64,000 nucleotides of DNA from Octopus vulgaris (lineage: Eukaryota): NCBI GenBank assembly GCA_951406725.2, contig OX597816.1:1240001-1304000 (forward strand). The letters are read 5' to 3'. A program made the translations under genes and the position numbers. Of this stretch, positions 26,146-41,230 are shown one piece after another (within the stretch, counting starts at the first letter, position 1; every line of letters begins with the position of its first letter). A model generated the notes under the pieces. The model saw nothing but the letters and a program-made list of their open reading frames with translations, had not been told where the DNA came from and made no database searches.

Positions 26146-27592
26146 TTATACTTGGCATTTGCTGAACTAGAGAAGACCTTTGATAGATTACCCTACTGTG
26201 TGATATGATGGGCTCTGAGGAGGGTAGGAGTAGACAAGTGGCCTCTAAAAGCTGTACAGGGTATGTGCAGGGGCAGTGTCAGTAAGGTGAGAGTTAACCC
26301 CAAGTAGAGTGAAGAATGTGGTGTACAGGGAGGTGTTCAGCAAAGCTCAATCCTCAGTCCCCTACTTTTCATTATTATCTTCCAGGCCATAACAGAGGGA
26401 TTCAAGACTGACAGACCCTGGCAGCTACTAGATGCTGATGATCTTACCCTCATAGCAGATTCGATATCAGAGCTAGAAAAGAAATTCCAGGTGTGGAAGC
26501 AAAACCTGGAATCAAAGGAAGGGTCTTAAGGTTAACTTAGCACAACAGACAGGATTCTACCCACTTCAGGTGATATGTAGGAAAGGTGTAGGCTGGAATT
26601 CCATATGGTATGCCTAGTGTAAGCAATGGACACACAAGAGGTGCTGTGGAATAATAGGAAGGTTATCAGAGAAAGTGGTGTCCGTTTGTAGAAGATGCAA
26701 AAAGGCCATAAAAAATACAAATACTCGGGATATTTCTGCCACCTAGGGGATCAAATTAGTTGGGGGAGGAGGATGTATGGAAAGTGTAATAGCTAGAAAA
26801 AGAATTGGATGGATGAAATTCAGAGAACGTTTACATCTGTTGGCAACCAAAGGTCTCTCTCTGAGTGAAAGGAAGATTGAATGATGCATGTGTACAGACA
26901 GCAATGCTACATGGTAGTGAGACATGGGCCCTGAATGTCGAAGACATACAAAGGCTAGAGAGAAATGAAGCTAGTATGCTCGGCTGGATGTGCAATGCAA
27001 TTGTACTTGTTCAACAGAGTGCCAATGTGTTAGGAATAAGAGGAATTAGATGCAGTGTGCAAGAGAGAAGACTGCATTGGTTTGGTTATGTGATGCTGTT
27101 GGCTGTCAACTGTTCCATAACGAAGTGCTAATCATTCAAAGTAGATGGAACTTGTGGAAGAGGGAGACCCAGGAAGACATGGGACGAAGCACTGAAGGAT
27201 GACCTCAGGACACTGGACATTTTGGAGGGGATGACAAAGGACCACGATACCTGATGCTTTGCTGTCCTCCACAGCAGAAGTGTTAAGGCTGTTGCCTCTC
27301 ATAAAGGGGATTGGCCTGCAAGAGCCCTATGCTGGTGCCACATAAAGAGCACTTGTGCCAGCACCATGTAAAAGCATTTGTGCGGAGCCATCTTAAAAGC
27401 ACCCAACACACACTGTAAAGTGGTCGGTGTCAGGAAATTAGGAAAGGCATCCAGCCGTAGAAACCAAGCCAAATCAGACTAGAACCTGGTCCAGCTTTCT
27501 GGCTTGCCAGCTCTGGTCAAACACTCCGACCCATGCCAACATGGGAAACAGATGTTAAAGGATAATGAGGATGATGATGATGATGATGATGA
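26146..27592 (+). mobile_element. Degenerate 5'-truncated RTE LINE
   Basis: LYLAF..LEKTFDR, PWQLLDADDL, degenerate PHD, KGRLNDACVQTAMLHGSETW, GRGRPRKTWDE, then 3' UTR and (GAT)n tail. Confidence 0.85.
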
Positions 27593-27604
27593 TAAATAAA
27601 TGTA

Positions 27605-27662
<58 letters not shown>

Positions 27663-29079
27663 TTCTAGACAGTCAATGTAGGCTGATTGATTTCAAGGAT
27701 GTGTTCCTTTGAAAAGGAACCCCAGCAACAACACAAACACATTTGCTTCATTGTTTTATTCTAATCTTCTTGGTTTTAAAGAATGCTGTGGATACAACTG
27801 TTAACAGTCAATTTTTGAAATCACAAGAGTTGATGCAGAGCCGTGCCCTGTTCTGTAACAGATACAAGAGCGATACAAGAGAGATATTTCCAGCACAAAA
27901 ATACCTCTCTGTCTCTCCATAAAAATGTGAGGCTTGCATCATGGAGATGCATATCGTGTTTTGTTTTGAGACCAGACAGCAGCAGGAGGTCTGCAATAAA
28001 ATTTATGATTAAATGCAAGTCAGTCTATTTGGTTAATTTACAAGATAATAACTAATCTATTCTCAAGTGCACGTCAACATTAAAAGACAGTTCATTAGAA
28101 GTTTGAATGCAATTAACTTTAATAGCTTTAACTGTAATGGCTTCTCGGTAATAAAGGGAGATAACTAATCCATCTGCTTTGTTTATTTCTTGTTAAGTTC
28201 GTCTGCCATTTTTTTTTTTGGAAGCCTGCCAACATCATTATTTAGTAATATTTAACTTTATGCACAAGTGCTGTTTACTTTAAACTTCCCATTCTTTGTC
28301 AGTGGACCATTTATTTCCTCTTACAAATAGCTGCATAAGTGAAGTATCTTTTTCAAGTTTTTTATATTTTTACAATAGCAATTACGAAAGACTTCAGTAA
28401 GGAAAATGTTACCATCATCATTCAAAGTCGTTATTCCATGCTGGCATTTGTTGGATGGTTTGACAGGATCCAACAGGTCCGTGGAGAGTATTGTGCCCCA
28501 TCATCTACTTTGGATAGGTTTCTATGGCTGGAGGCTCTTCCTAACACTAACAACTCTACATCATGTTTTGGGAGCTTTTTTCATGGCACCAGCGCAAGTG
28601 AGGTTCAAAACTACAAACCCTGAGAAAATGGGTTCATGCTATGAAAAGAGAGGTCAGAGCAGAAAAAGGTTTCTTACTAGCGAGGGACCACATGACTACC
28701 CACATGAGAGAAGAAGAAGAAGAAGAAAAAGAAGAAGTTATGAAAATACTACAAAATGGTGACCTTTCTAAGTCAACTGTTCAAAGAGTTTCTATGTCAG
28801 ATCATTGTTTGGTCAGTCATTGGTTTTAGTTATTTTTAGATTACGGTTAGAAAATAGTGAACAAAGTTATACCCTTGGCTGGTTGTTTTGAACAGGCTCC
28901 ATAAATATCTGTCAGCAAAGAGACCGGAATCATTGAGAATGAGATAAATACATGGGAAGCTGGCCTTGAGGAGTGGTTTTGTTTTGATCTCTGATTTAAA
29001 TCTCTTCTACTTCCTTACATTTCTGGAACAGTTATAAACTTTACCGTTTCTTTTAAGAAACAGATTGCCAAAAAATAAT

Positions 29080-29300
29080 GGTTTTCTAACTTTGGCACCA
29101 GGCCAACAATTTTGAGAGGTAGAAATAAACAAGAAGACATTGATCCCAGTTCTTAACTGATTCTTTATTTTGTTGCCCCCAGAGGAACGAAAGGCAAAGT
29201 CAACCTTGGCAGGATTTGAAATCAAAATGTAAAAAGTTGGAAGAAATGCCACAAAGCATTTTGTCCAAGACGCTAATGGTTCTGCAGTTCCCTTGCCTTA
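29080..29300 (-). mobile_element. SINE family B (diverged)
   Basis: GAAAGGCAAAGTCAACCTTGGCAGGATTTGAA...AAGCATTTTGTCC...GCTAATGGTTCTGC is the reverse complement of the family B head. Confidence 0.6.
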
Positions 29301-30604
29301 CTGCAAGAGAGCTTAATTTAAATGGTGTGCCCAGGGGAATTGCACCTGTGGGTCCGCTCAGGCTATGTCAATGAATGTACTAATATTGATCTATCTGTAT
29401 CTTGGTGTGGATGCGATTTGACAGAAATCTGGCTGCTATGTCTAGCAGATCAAACGACCACATAGAGGCGCCCAACTTCGGGGTGGGGGTGGAAGAAGAA
29501 GAAGAACAACAACAACAACAACGAGAAGAAGAAGAAAGTTTGAGTTTCCAAACAGGGAGGGAAAACAATTTTTTTCTTTCTTCTATTTTATATTTCTTCC
29601 TATTCTTTCCTAAATAATTCTTTGGTGACTTTCCTATTGATTGTTTTTAATGTCAACACCATTGTTCTGAAAGAGGAACCTCTCCTTTACCCCCAGAAAG
29701 ACGATCTACTTTTCTCTAATTTACGCAATATCAGACACCAGCATCTTCTTTCTCTTCTACCACCACCACCATCCCCTCTTTCTCTCCTTCTCTCTCCCTC
29801 TCCTTCACTAAACAGTATCACTAACACAACCAAACGGATGTAACCATTCAGAGAAACTAATTGATTTTCTTCCAATGTCGTCATCTTATTTTCCCCGCTT
29901 GCTTCAGTTGTTTTCATTTGGGGAGAATCTGCTAAGGTGTTTATTTAGGCAACAATATGGCAAACACTTCCTGCACCATTGAAATCTTATTTTTGGCAAG
30001 CTCTGTGTCGAGTAACGATAACATAAACAAGAAAGATGATAATACAAACGAGGAGAATGGTAATATAAAAGAGGAAAGAACATTGGCTTGTGTCAGCAAG
30101 GCGACTAAGTGTAGGAATTGTGGTGGAAGTTTAAAATTAATTACGAAATGTTTCGTCCCGGAAGTTAAAATAATGGAAGAGTTGTTATGAAATTTCAAGT
30201 TTATTATATAAGTCAACCAATTAGTGACATATGGAAGATGTATGGAAACGTCCGTCTTCCAAACACATTCAGTCCGCCTTCCTTTTCCTTTTCTTTATTC
30301 TTCTAACTCTACCATCGTTGTCGTCATTTTAACATCCACTTTTAGTTGAGATGAAATTTGTTGAGGAACATTTCCTACGGCTGGATGCTTTTCCAGTCAC
30401 CAACTCTTCCATGCTTCCAAGCATGGTAATGTTTCCCCATGGTGAAAAAATGGTTTTTCATGGAAAATTGGAAACGAAGAATACTGCTCATGTGAGAATG
30501 ACGCTCGTTTGCAATTGTCATCTAATGAGAAGAGAAGAAGACACAAACACACACATTCACCACACACTCACACACACACAAGCACACACACAAGCACACA
30601 TATG

Positions 30605-30745
30605 ATGAGCTTCTTTTAGTTTCCATCTACCAAATCTACTCACAAGGCTTTTAGTCAGCCTGGAACTATAGTAGAAGACACTTGTCCAAGGTGCAATGCG
30701 GTGGGGCTGAACCATGTGGTTGGGAAGCTACCTTCTTGACCGCCG
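30605..30745 (-). mobile_element. SINE family A
   Basis: TTTCCATCTACCAAATCTACTCACAAGGCTTT...TATAGTAGAAGACACTTGTCCAAGGTGC. Confidence 0.7.
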
Positions 30746-31577
30746 CACAATTATGTGTGTGCACCAGTGAATTTATATTTGATCTCCATGAAGTCAAAAA
30801 AGAAGCCAAAAATATCAAGAAGCACCAATGTTAGTTATTAGTACAATACTTTTACTACCTAACTCTGTTTTTTGATATTTAACAAAGAATTTTTTCGTTA
30901 TGACACCATAATGGTCATGGTGGCAGTTGATGAAGATACTGGAGGTGACGGTGGTTGTAGTAGTAGCAGCAGCAGCAGCAGTAGTAGTAACACTGAGTTG
31001 GACTGTAGCTGAATGCATAGATTGTTTCTAGCACCTCTTCAAAGATACAGTGGAGCGATTGGTCAATTCTTTGGTCCCTTCAAGCAACAAGACAAAATGA
31101 CTAACGATTTTATTGTAGACAAAGTTCTGGAAGTTGGCACAATTCTTCACTTGCCATAAACGATTGAAATTAAACGAAACCCTTGCAAGAAGGAATCCAA
31201 GCAGCCCAAAGCCAATATTGGAATCATGCCCCCCCCCCACCACAATCCAAGAGCCCACGCCTCCTACAATATGATACCCATGTCAAATACTAATGGCTTT
31301 ATATATCCTTTAGTATGCTCTACCTCACCCCCCTGGGACTCCATGAGCTGGGGCAGGAGGCAAACTTAATTGAATCTACTGTACAAGTCAATTATATGTG
31401 ACCCCTGCTGTTGACAGCTGCAAACTGCAACAGACGAGATTTTACTTTAAAAAAAATGCATTTTACCAGAATTTTATTAAGTTGCAAGAATTTGGAGTTT
31501 GTTTTCTTTCCAATATAATTGGCAAACAAATTGTGATTTCTGAAATTTCACTCTATACATATGAATTACAAATACAT

Positions 31578-31620
<43 letters not shown>

Positions 31621-32232
31621 ACATCATCATCATCATCATTATTATTATTATTATTATAAAATTTCTTTTATTAGCCTCAAGGGTATCAATGACGGGGACA
31701 TTCATCACTAACAGTTTGCAAAATACCTTGGAGGCAATACTGGACAAACTCAATAATAATAATAATAATAATAATAATAGTAATAATAATAACAACAATA
31801 ATAATAATAAAGGAGGCCAGCAATTTTGAGTGGAGGGGCAATTTGATTGTAATGACCTCAGTATTTGACTGGTAGTTATTTGATGAACCCTGAAAGGATA
31901 AAAGCGAAACTGAGCCTTGATAATATGGAGCAGTGAAAGAGAGATGCTGGTGTGTTGTGGGGTGAGTTGCAGGAGTGCATGGGGAAGAGAGAGAGGGGCA
32001 GGCAGAGGGTATGAAGAGGGACAGGCAGAGAGAGAATCTCGTGGCAGGTGGGAGTGATCGATGGAGGTGAGGTTGGAGGGAAGAGTGTTAATGGACGAAG
32101 GGCGAATAAGGAAGGGGTTATGAGTTGTTAGAAAAATGATATAAAGTAAGAACTTTAGTTTAGGGAGGTGATGGGGAGTGAGGAGTGGAGGAGTTGAAGG
32201 GGAAAGCAATCGACCAAATATCCCAGTTGTGC

Positions 32233-32284
<52 letters not shown>

Positions 32285-32500
32285 CTCTAATATAACTCAG
32301 TTCCACCAACGTAAGCAAGTCTTGTGAAGAAATGCATATTGCCAGCCATGTTAGTACTGTTATTTCGTCCATGAAGCTCAAGGTCCTGGATTCCAGAATG
32401 AATATAGGTTTTATTCTACAGCATTGTGCAACTGTCCCCTAATAAGAAAATTATAATAAAAGTCCAGACACTTTCAGATCAGAGATAATTGCCATAATTA

Positions 32501-33850
32501 GGCAGTGAGCAGGCAGAATCGTTAGCATGCCAGGCGAAATGCTTTGCATGACAGGCAAAATGCTTTGCATGACAGACATAATACTTAGCATGACAGGCAA
32601 AATGCTTTGCATGACAGGCAAAATGCTTTGCATGACAGGCAAAATGCTTTGCATGCCAGGCAAAATGCTTAGCATGACAGACATAATACTTAGCATGACA
32701 GGCAAAATGCTTTGCATGAAAGGCAAAATGCTTTGCATGACAGGCAAAATGCTTTGCATAACAGGCAAAATGCTTAGCATGACAGACATAATACTTAGCA
32801 TGACAGGCAAAATGCTTTGCATGACAGGCAAAATGCTTTGCATGACAGGCAAAATGCTTAGCATGACAGACATAATACTTAGCATGACAGGCAAAATGCT
32901 TTGCATGACAGGCAAAATGCTTTGCATGACAGGCAAAATGCTTAGCATGACAGACATAATACTTAGCATGACAGGCAAAATGCTTTGCATGACAGGCAAA
33001 ATGCTTTGCATGCCAGGCAAAATGCTTAGCATGACAGACATAATACTTAGCATGACAGGCAAAATGCTTTGCATGACAGGCAAAATGCTTTGCATGACAG
33101 GCAAAATGCTTTGCATAACAGGCAAAATGCTTAGCATGACAGACATAATACTTAGCATGACAGGCAAAATGCTTTGCATGACAGGCAAAATGCTTTGCAT
33201 GCCAGGCAAAATACTTAGCATGACAGACATAATACTTAGCATGACAGGCAAAATGCTTTGCATGACAAGCAAAATGCTTTGCATGACAGGCAAAATGCTT
33301 AGCATGACAGGCATAATACTTAGCATGACAGGCAAAATGCTTTGCATGACAGGCAAAATGCTTTGCATGACAGGCAAAATGCATGGTATGCCAGGCAAAA
33401 TACTTAGCATGACAGACATAATGTTTATCATGACAGACAAAATGCTTTGCATGACAGGCAAAATGCATGGTATGCCAGGCAAAATGCTTAGCATGACAGA
33501 CATAATACTTAGCATGACAGACATAATACTTAGCATGACAGGTAAAATGCTTTGCATGACAGGCAAAACATATCAGGCAAAATGCTTAATATGGCAGGCA
33601 AAATGCCTAGCATGACAGACATAATGTTTATCATGACAGACAAAATGCTTAAGATGTCAGGCAAAATGCTTAGCATACCAGACAAGATGCTTTCATCTGT
33701 CTTTACATTCTGAGTTCAAATACTGCCAAGGTTGACTTTGCCTTTCATCCTTTTCGGGTTGCTAAGCACCCGTTGAGTACTGGCGTTGATGCAATCAACT
33801 TAACCCCCTCCCCAGGAATTGCTGGTCTTTTGCCAAAATTAGGGACCAAT
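32501..33850 (+). mobile_element. SINE family B copy interrupted by an internal minisatellite
   Basis: Head GGCAGTGAGCAGGCAGAATCGTTAG at 32501. The body resumes at about 33693 with TCTGTCTTTACATTCTGAGTTCAAAT (B-box-like) ... GCCAAAATT. Confidence 0.85.
32525..33692. repeat. 21-bp minisatellite, about 55 units, with higher-order pattern
   Basis: Units GCATGACAGGCAAAATGCTTT (A), ...GCTTA (B) and GCATGACAGACATAATACTTA (C) recur as AABC or AAABC. Confidence 0.97.
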
Positions 33851-35371
33851 ATTAATAACCAAAATATCACATTCGGTTAGTTTCCTTTAGTGTTGTATCT
33901 TACTCTACGTAAAACACTGGAAATTTTAAATTCCACCCTTTTTTATTTAAAAGCTTGATTATCCACCCCACTTACATGATTAATCAATCTCATTTTCTCT
34001 AGGATGACTCCATGTTGTTGCTTTATAATTCTTCTATACAACAGTTTACTTACTGCAATGCCAACAAATTTATGTTTCCACTGAGGAGGCCTAATGAAAC
34101 AGAAATGTTGGAAGTTACCTCCCTTGCTTGCCTACTCCTATATTAATGTTAACTGGACCTAATATATTCTTAATGACCGCATTTAACTCCACTGTGGGGG
34201 GTTTTCTGACATTCAAAGCACTAAGAGTAATCAGTTTAATTTTCAGTCCTTAAATATATCTCTATTGCCTTGTTACAATTAAATAATCAATTAGTAATTA
34301 TATTTGCACTAAAGATTGCTTAGATTCCAAACTCACCTTAACATAAGCATGTAATCAACAAGAGGTACATCACAATTTCGATTCTCTTACGAACCCCACC
34401 AGGCCTAGAATAAGCTCTCTTTTTTAGGAACAGAAAGATGACCATTGTTTAATGTCCACATTTTTATGCATACATTAGTCAGACAGAATTTATTGCGGCA
34501 GATTTTCTGTGGCTGGATGCTCTTTCTGTCACCAACCTTCACCTGTTTCCAAACAAGATAATATTTTTGCACAAACTAGACATGGTGTACATGGAAGATA
34601 GCAAAATGAATAACACTGCTTGTATGACAGGGAAACTCCTTTACTGATGAGTGTTACAATGATGAGGATTGCAATTGATGCAGCCAGCTCATGAAATTAG
34701 TGAGGAGGGTTCAACAATGAGGGTTCCAGCTGATCCAATCAATGGAGCAGGCTGCTTATGAAATCAGTGTGAAAGTGGGTTAGCATGAGTACCCTTAATA
34801 TAGTTCTCGGGAAGATTCAGAACATGACAAAGCTGACCCTTTGGAATACAGATACAACTCATTTTGGCCAAGTGAGTAAACTGGAGCATCATCATCATCA
34901 AAGTGTTTTACTCAAGGACACAACCTGCCACTGGGCATTGTGGTCCCCACCCGACAAACTTGAGCTGAATAGCCTCACCACTAAGTCGTTCACCTTCACC
35001 AAATACAAACAAACAACAAGCTTCTTCCAGTTTCTGTCGACCAAATCCACTTGACCTGAGGCTATGGCAGAAGACACACAAGGTGCCGTGCAGTGGGATT
35101 GAACCCAAGCTTGTTCACTGACCCCATGGCTACGCCTGCCCCTGTGCCTCACCGTATGTATTGGCAAGACTTATTTATTCTGCATTTACCTCCCACCCTT
35201 TATTCTGCTAATCTGTTTTGTTATGTAAATCTATTTATTTACACAAGAATGATTACAGTGGGGAAAATAACACAGATGGAGAGGGGACGAGGCACAAGGG
35301 TTGGGGCTGTTGGTGGTGAAGGAGGTGTTGTTTAGTGTATGTGTGGGTGGGTGAGAGTACACGTTTGTGCA

Positions 35372-35409
<38 letters not shown>

Positions 35410-35510
35410 CATGTGGGTGAGTGTGTGTGTACATGAGCATTGTGTGTGTGTATGAGTGAGTGAATATGTGTGAGTGTGCACATCTGTGAGTACTTGTGTG
35501 TGCATGTGCA

Positions 35511-35543
<33 letters not shown>

Positions 35544-35967
35544 TGAGTATGTAGCAAACGCCACGGTCCTTCTGCTCCAGAAAAATAACTTTTGGAGAAC
35601 TTCAAAAAAGTCAGCCAATTTCAACTGTTTTCTTCAAATTCTAATGAAATGATGTTTAACCAAGCTTATTGTTGCCGTTCAACAGAATTGCTTTTTACCA
35701 TTGTTAGTGCCAACTAATTTAGCAAATGTGTGTGTTTGGTGGTGGGGGGGGGAGATGAACTGGCAGTAAAAGACAAACAGCAAATGTAATCTTTGATTGG
35801 ATTATTGGATTATTGACAGATTTCTGTGTCAATAAGCAGAGAAATATTTACTTTCTCTTCTAATCCAATCTGCTAAGCTGACAACGCAACAATTCGCCAT
35901 TCTTCTTGGGAAAACTGTGACCAACCGTAGTATTTGTTTTAAAAGATAGAATTTGTGGGGGAGTGTG

Positions 35968-36187
35968 ATGGTGGTGGTGGTGGCGGCGGCGGTAGTGGTG
36001 GTGGTGGAGGTGGCGGCGGCGGCGGCGGTGGTGGTGGTGGTGTGGTGGTGGTGGTGGTGGTGGTGGTGGTGGTGGCGGTGGTGGTTGTGGCGGCGGCGGC
36101 GGCGGTGGTGGTAGTGGTGGTGGTGGCGGTGGTGGTGGTGGCGGTGGTGGTTGTGGCGGCGGTGGTGGTGGTGGTGGTGGTGGCAGT
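35968..36187. repeat. (GGT/GGC)n trinucleotide tract
   Basis: Direct reading. Confidence 0.95.
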
Positions 36188-37494
36188 GGATGATGAAGAT
36201 TCTACAAAATGGTGTTTGTTGTTGTTTGGAAGTAATGTTTCCAAAATGGCGTGATGATGCTGATGGTGTTTTGTGATGAAGAGAGTAAAATTATGATATT
36301 AATGAGGTTAATGAGGATAATGTAGATTACACCACCACAACCTTAACACACACACACACACACCATTACCACCACCACCACCATCATCACTACACTCTTT
36401 TATTTCCATCTGCAGCAGAAATTATGTGCCATTTACACCTGATGTGTTTCATGTGCCTTTTTATTATTGGTGCCATCACATTCATGGCTAGTCTTCATAA
36501 AATCCTCATGAAGGGAATTCTATCCAAAAACCTTCTGGTAATCAATCCATGTTATGTTCTCACCTTTCCTTCTCCCTCTTCAAGGATGTGTTCATGGCTT
36601 AATTACTTTGTTCTACCTGCCAGGTGATGTTTTGATCTATTCTTCTGGAAACAATTTTTTCATTTTATTTTTCTGTCCACATCGTCATCATCATTTCATG
36701 TCTGCTTCCTGTGCTGACATTGGTTGGAGAGATTGATAGGATGCGATGAACCCAACGACTGCATCATCCTCCAATGTTGTCTGTTTTTGATTTCTATGGC
36801 TGGAGGACACCCTTCCACTTTCCACAGTGCATTGGTGCTTTTTCTTCATGCTGCCAGAGAGAGAACAGATTTATGCTGGAGTTTGAAGGGATGCAGTATG
36901 AGAGACAGGTGGGCAGAGCAGATTCTTGTGGTAGAGCTACATGGTTACTCACATTTTTTAGGAGAGGAACAGAAGAATCAGTATATTCAGTTTCTCTCCT
37001 ATCGCAGCAGAAAGTTATAGGGAGGCAGGTATTGGTCGCTAGGTTTTAGGTTTTGCTGTTTCTTTATTATTGCGAATTAAAACAGTTTTTTCTTTAGTCA
37101 ATAGTTTGTCTTTGAATCCAGCTGAGTCTCATAAAACACTTTTGCCAAGTCTGTTTATGTCTCTGTTAAACATTTTAAACCAGAGGTTTGCGATTGTGTG
37201 ACACTTTGGTATCTTCCAGTTCTTTGTTTTTTGCTGCATCTGAAATACTTCTTGTTGCAGACAAATTGTTTTGTTCTAGGAATTTTTATCACTGTTCACA
37301 CCACCAGATACTTCACAATTTCATGAAGATGTTTTGGCTAATCATCCTTCAATTTTAAATAGTTTTTATTAGGTTACCATATTTACTCATGTATAAAGCA
37401 CATCATATGAGACTTGGTTTTAACTGGAGAAATTAGCATGCGACATACATAAAGCAAACTTAGAAACCATTATTATTGTTGCTGTTGCTGTTAA

Positions 37495-37712
37495 GGTAGC
37501 AAGCTGGCAGGATTGTCATCACATCAAACACAATACTTAGCAGCATTTCTTCCAGCTCTTTATATTCTGAGTTCAAATGCTGCCAAGATTGACTTTGTCT
37601 TTCACCCTTTCAGGGTTAATAAATTAAGTACCAATCTAATCCTGGGATTGATATCATCAACTTAATCACTTTCCCCAAAGTTGCTGGAATTGTGACAAAA
37701 TTTGAAACCATT
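37495..37712 (+). mobile_element. SINE family B
   Basis: AAGCTGGCAGGATTG...TTCTGAGTTCAAATGCTGCCAAG...AAATTAAGTACC...CAAAATTTGAAACCA. Confidence 0.7.
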
Positions 37713-37744
37713 ATTGTTCTTGTTGTTGTTGCATTTCTTCTTCT

Positions 37745-38185
37745 TCCTTCAGTTTTGTTTCCATTTCTTGCTGAGTGTCTTCCCAACACCTAGGGCAATG
37801 AAGCTCACTGTATACACTGACTGGCCAATAAAATAAAACCACCAGATTCTTCATTTACAAAATCAAATAAAGTCATGTAAAAAAAAAATAATTCACATGG
37901 GTTGGAATCATTCTCACAGCGCCAATGTTCTTCTTAATAACTGTGGCGTACAAGTTAAAAGCAATCCTTTACACTTCTTGCAGGAACAGAAAGTCAAAGA
38001 TCATATTCAAATAATTTCCAATTCCTTTTTTGGTCGTTCAAAATGCTCAAGCAATTACTGCTATTGTAACTGCCTTGAAATGTCACATTTTTTTTTTTTT
38101 TACTTTAATGAACAAATCTTTATACTTTCTGAGTTTGTCAAATTCTTTTGCCGCAATATTGTGATTATACAGGATGCTCTTATCA
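37745..38185 (-). mobile_element. R4/Dong-clade LINE 3' fragment
   Basis: Minus strand HNIAAKEFDKLRKYKDLFIKV..M.HFKAVTIAVIA resembles the RLE C-terminal K..EK..KY.DL motif. The 5' break abuts (TTA)n at 38190. Confidence 0.6.
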
Positions 38186-38189
38186 GTTT

Positions 38190-38192
38190 GTT

Positions 38193-38223
<31 letters not shown>

Positions 38224-38300
38224 TTATTATTATTATTGTTATTGTTGTTGTTGTTGTTGTTATTATTATTTATTATTATTATTTATTATTATTATTACTG

Positions 38301-38361
<61 letters not shown>

Positions 38362-38362
38362 T
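38190..38362. repeat. (TTA)n/(TTG)n tract
   Basis: Direct reading. Confidence 0.95.
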
Positions 38363-38387
38363 TCCTCTGGCTGCTGGCCACTTCTTT

Positions 38388-38550
38388 AGGGTGGTGAGCG
38401 GCAGAATCATTAGCACGCTGGACAAAATACTTACTGGTATTTCGCCTGTCAGTCCATACTGAGTTCAAATTCCACCAAGGTCAACTTTTACCTTTCATCC
38501 TTTCGGGGTTGATAAAATAAGTACCAGTTGTACACTGGGATCAATGTAAA
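38388..38550 (+). mobile_element. SINE family B
   Basis: GGTGGTGAGCGGCAGAATCATTAGCACGCTGGACAAAATACTT...GAGTTCAAATTCCACCAAGGTCAACTTT. Confidence 0.75.
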
Positions 38551-38679
38551 CAAGTGTCACCTTGGTCTGCTGCCTGTAGACAGCAGACATTTTCCATCAC
38601 ACCCAGCAAAATAAACTGTGAATTTTCATCAAATAATAATAATAATAATAATAGTTTGGCCAAATTTTGTTTATTGGTC

Positions 38680-39235
38680 AAGCTTCAAGAACCTTGTGAA
38701 GAATTCTTGCACTGATCTTTTTCAGCTATGTTGGTAGTTGAGCACTGATACTTCACGTCTACTCTCCTCGTTGACCACAACCTTCGTATTTCCCACTTCA
38801 AATCATCATAATTGTTTATTTTCTCTTCTTCTTCTTCTTTCCCATTGATCCTCTTCTCACCTGGGCAATTATCATGCATGTTCTTTCTGTCTTTTCTTTA
38901 CCACAACAATGTCTGCTTTCCAATGTCTGTTCAGGTGATCATGCTGAATCCTTGCATCCCACACGATTTTGCAATTCTCATTCCTGGTCACTCCCTCTTG
39001 ATATTTCCTCATACCACATCTTGGCCCTTTCTAGGCTCTGCTTTCCACACAGAATCCCCAATGCTTCATTCTTGTGACAATGTCATGAAATCCTTTAGTA
39101 TTCATGTTCTGCCAGTTTCAGGCTTTCGCTAACAATCTGCCATACCGTTTCATCCCTCTCACCACACATTCTGCAGTTGGCACTATCGGTAGCATTGTTT
39201 ATTCTGTACTTCACATAGTTGGCCCTGTCACTGTC
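38680..39235 (-). mobile_element. R4/Dong-clade LINE 3' fragment (zinc knuckle plus RLE)
   Basis: Minus strand RANYVKYRI...CRMCGERDETVWQIVSE..L...EY..HD.V...HW and EKINNYDDLKWEIRRLW. Confidence 0.7.
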
Positions 39236-39251
39236 AGTAGTGGTGTCTAGT

Positions 39252-41130
<1,879 letters not shown>

Positions 41131-41230
41131 GGTGGTGTGCTGGCAGAATTGTTAGAATGCCAGGCAAAATGCTCAATGGCATTTCTTGCAGCTTTACATT
41201 CTGAGTTCAAATTCCACTGAGGTTCACTCA
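41131..41230 (+). mobile_element. SINE family B head
   Basis: GGTGGTGTGCTGGCAGAATTGTTAGAATGCCAGGCAAAATGCT...TTCTGAGTTCAAATTCC; holds a single copy of the 21-bp minisatellite unit. Confidence 0.75.

Noticed and set aside
31028-31258. Exon-like unique sequence after TTTCTAG
   Set aside because: All plus-strand frames stop early, no convincing donor, and no recognisable protein.
35939-36254. Poly-P/T/G/V/H ORFs here and at 48326-48724
   Set aside because: (GGT/GGC)n microsatellite translations.
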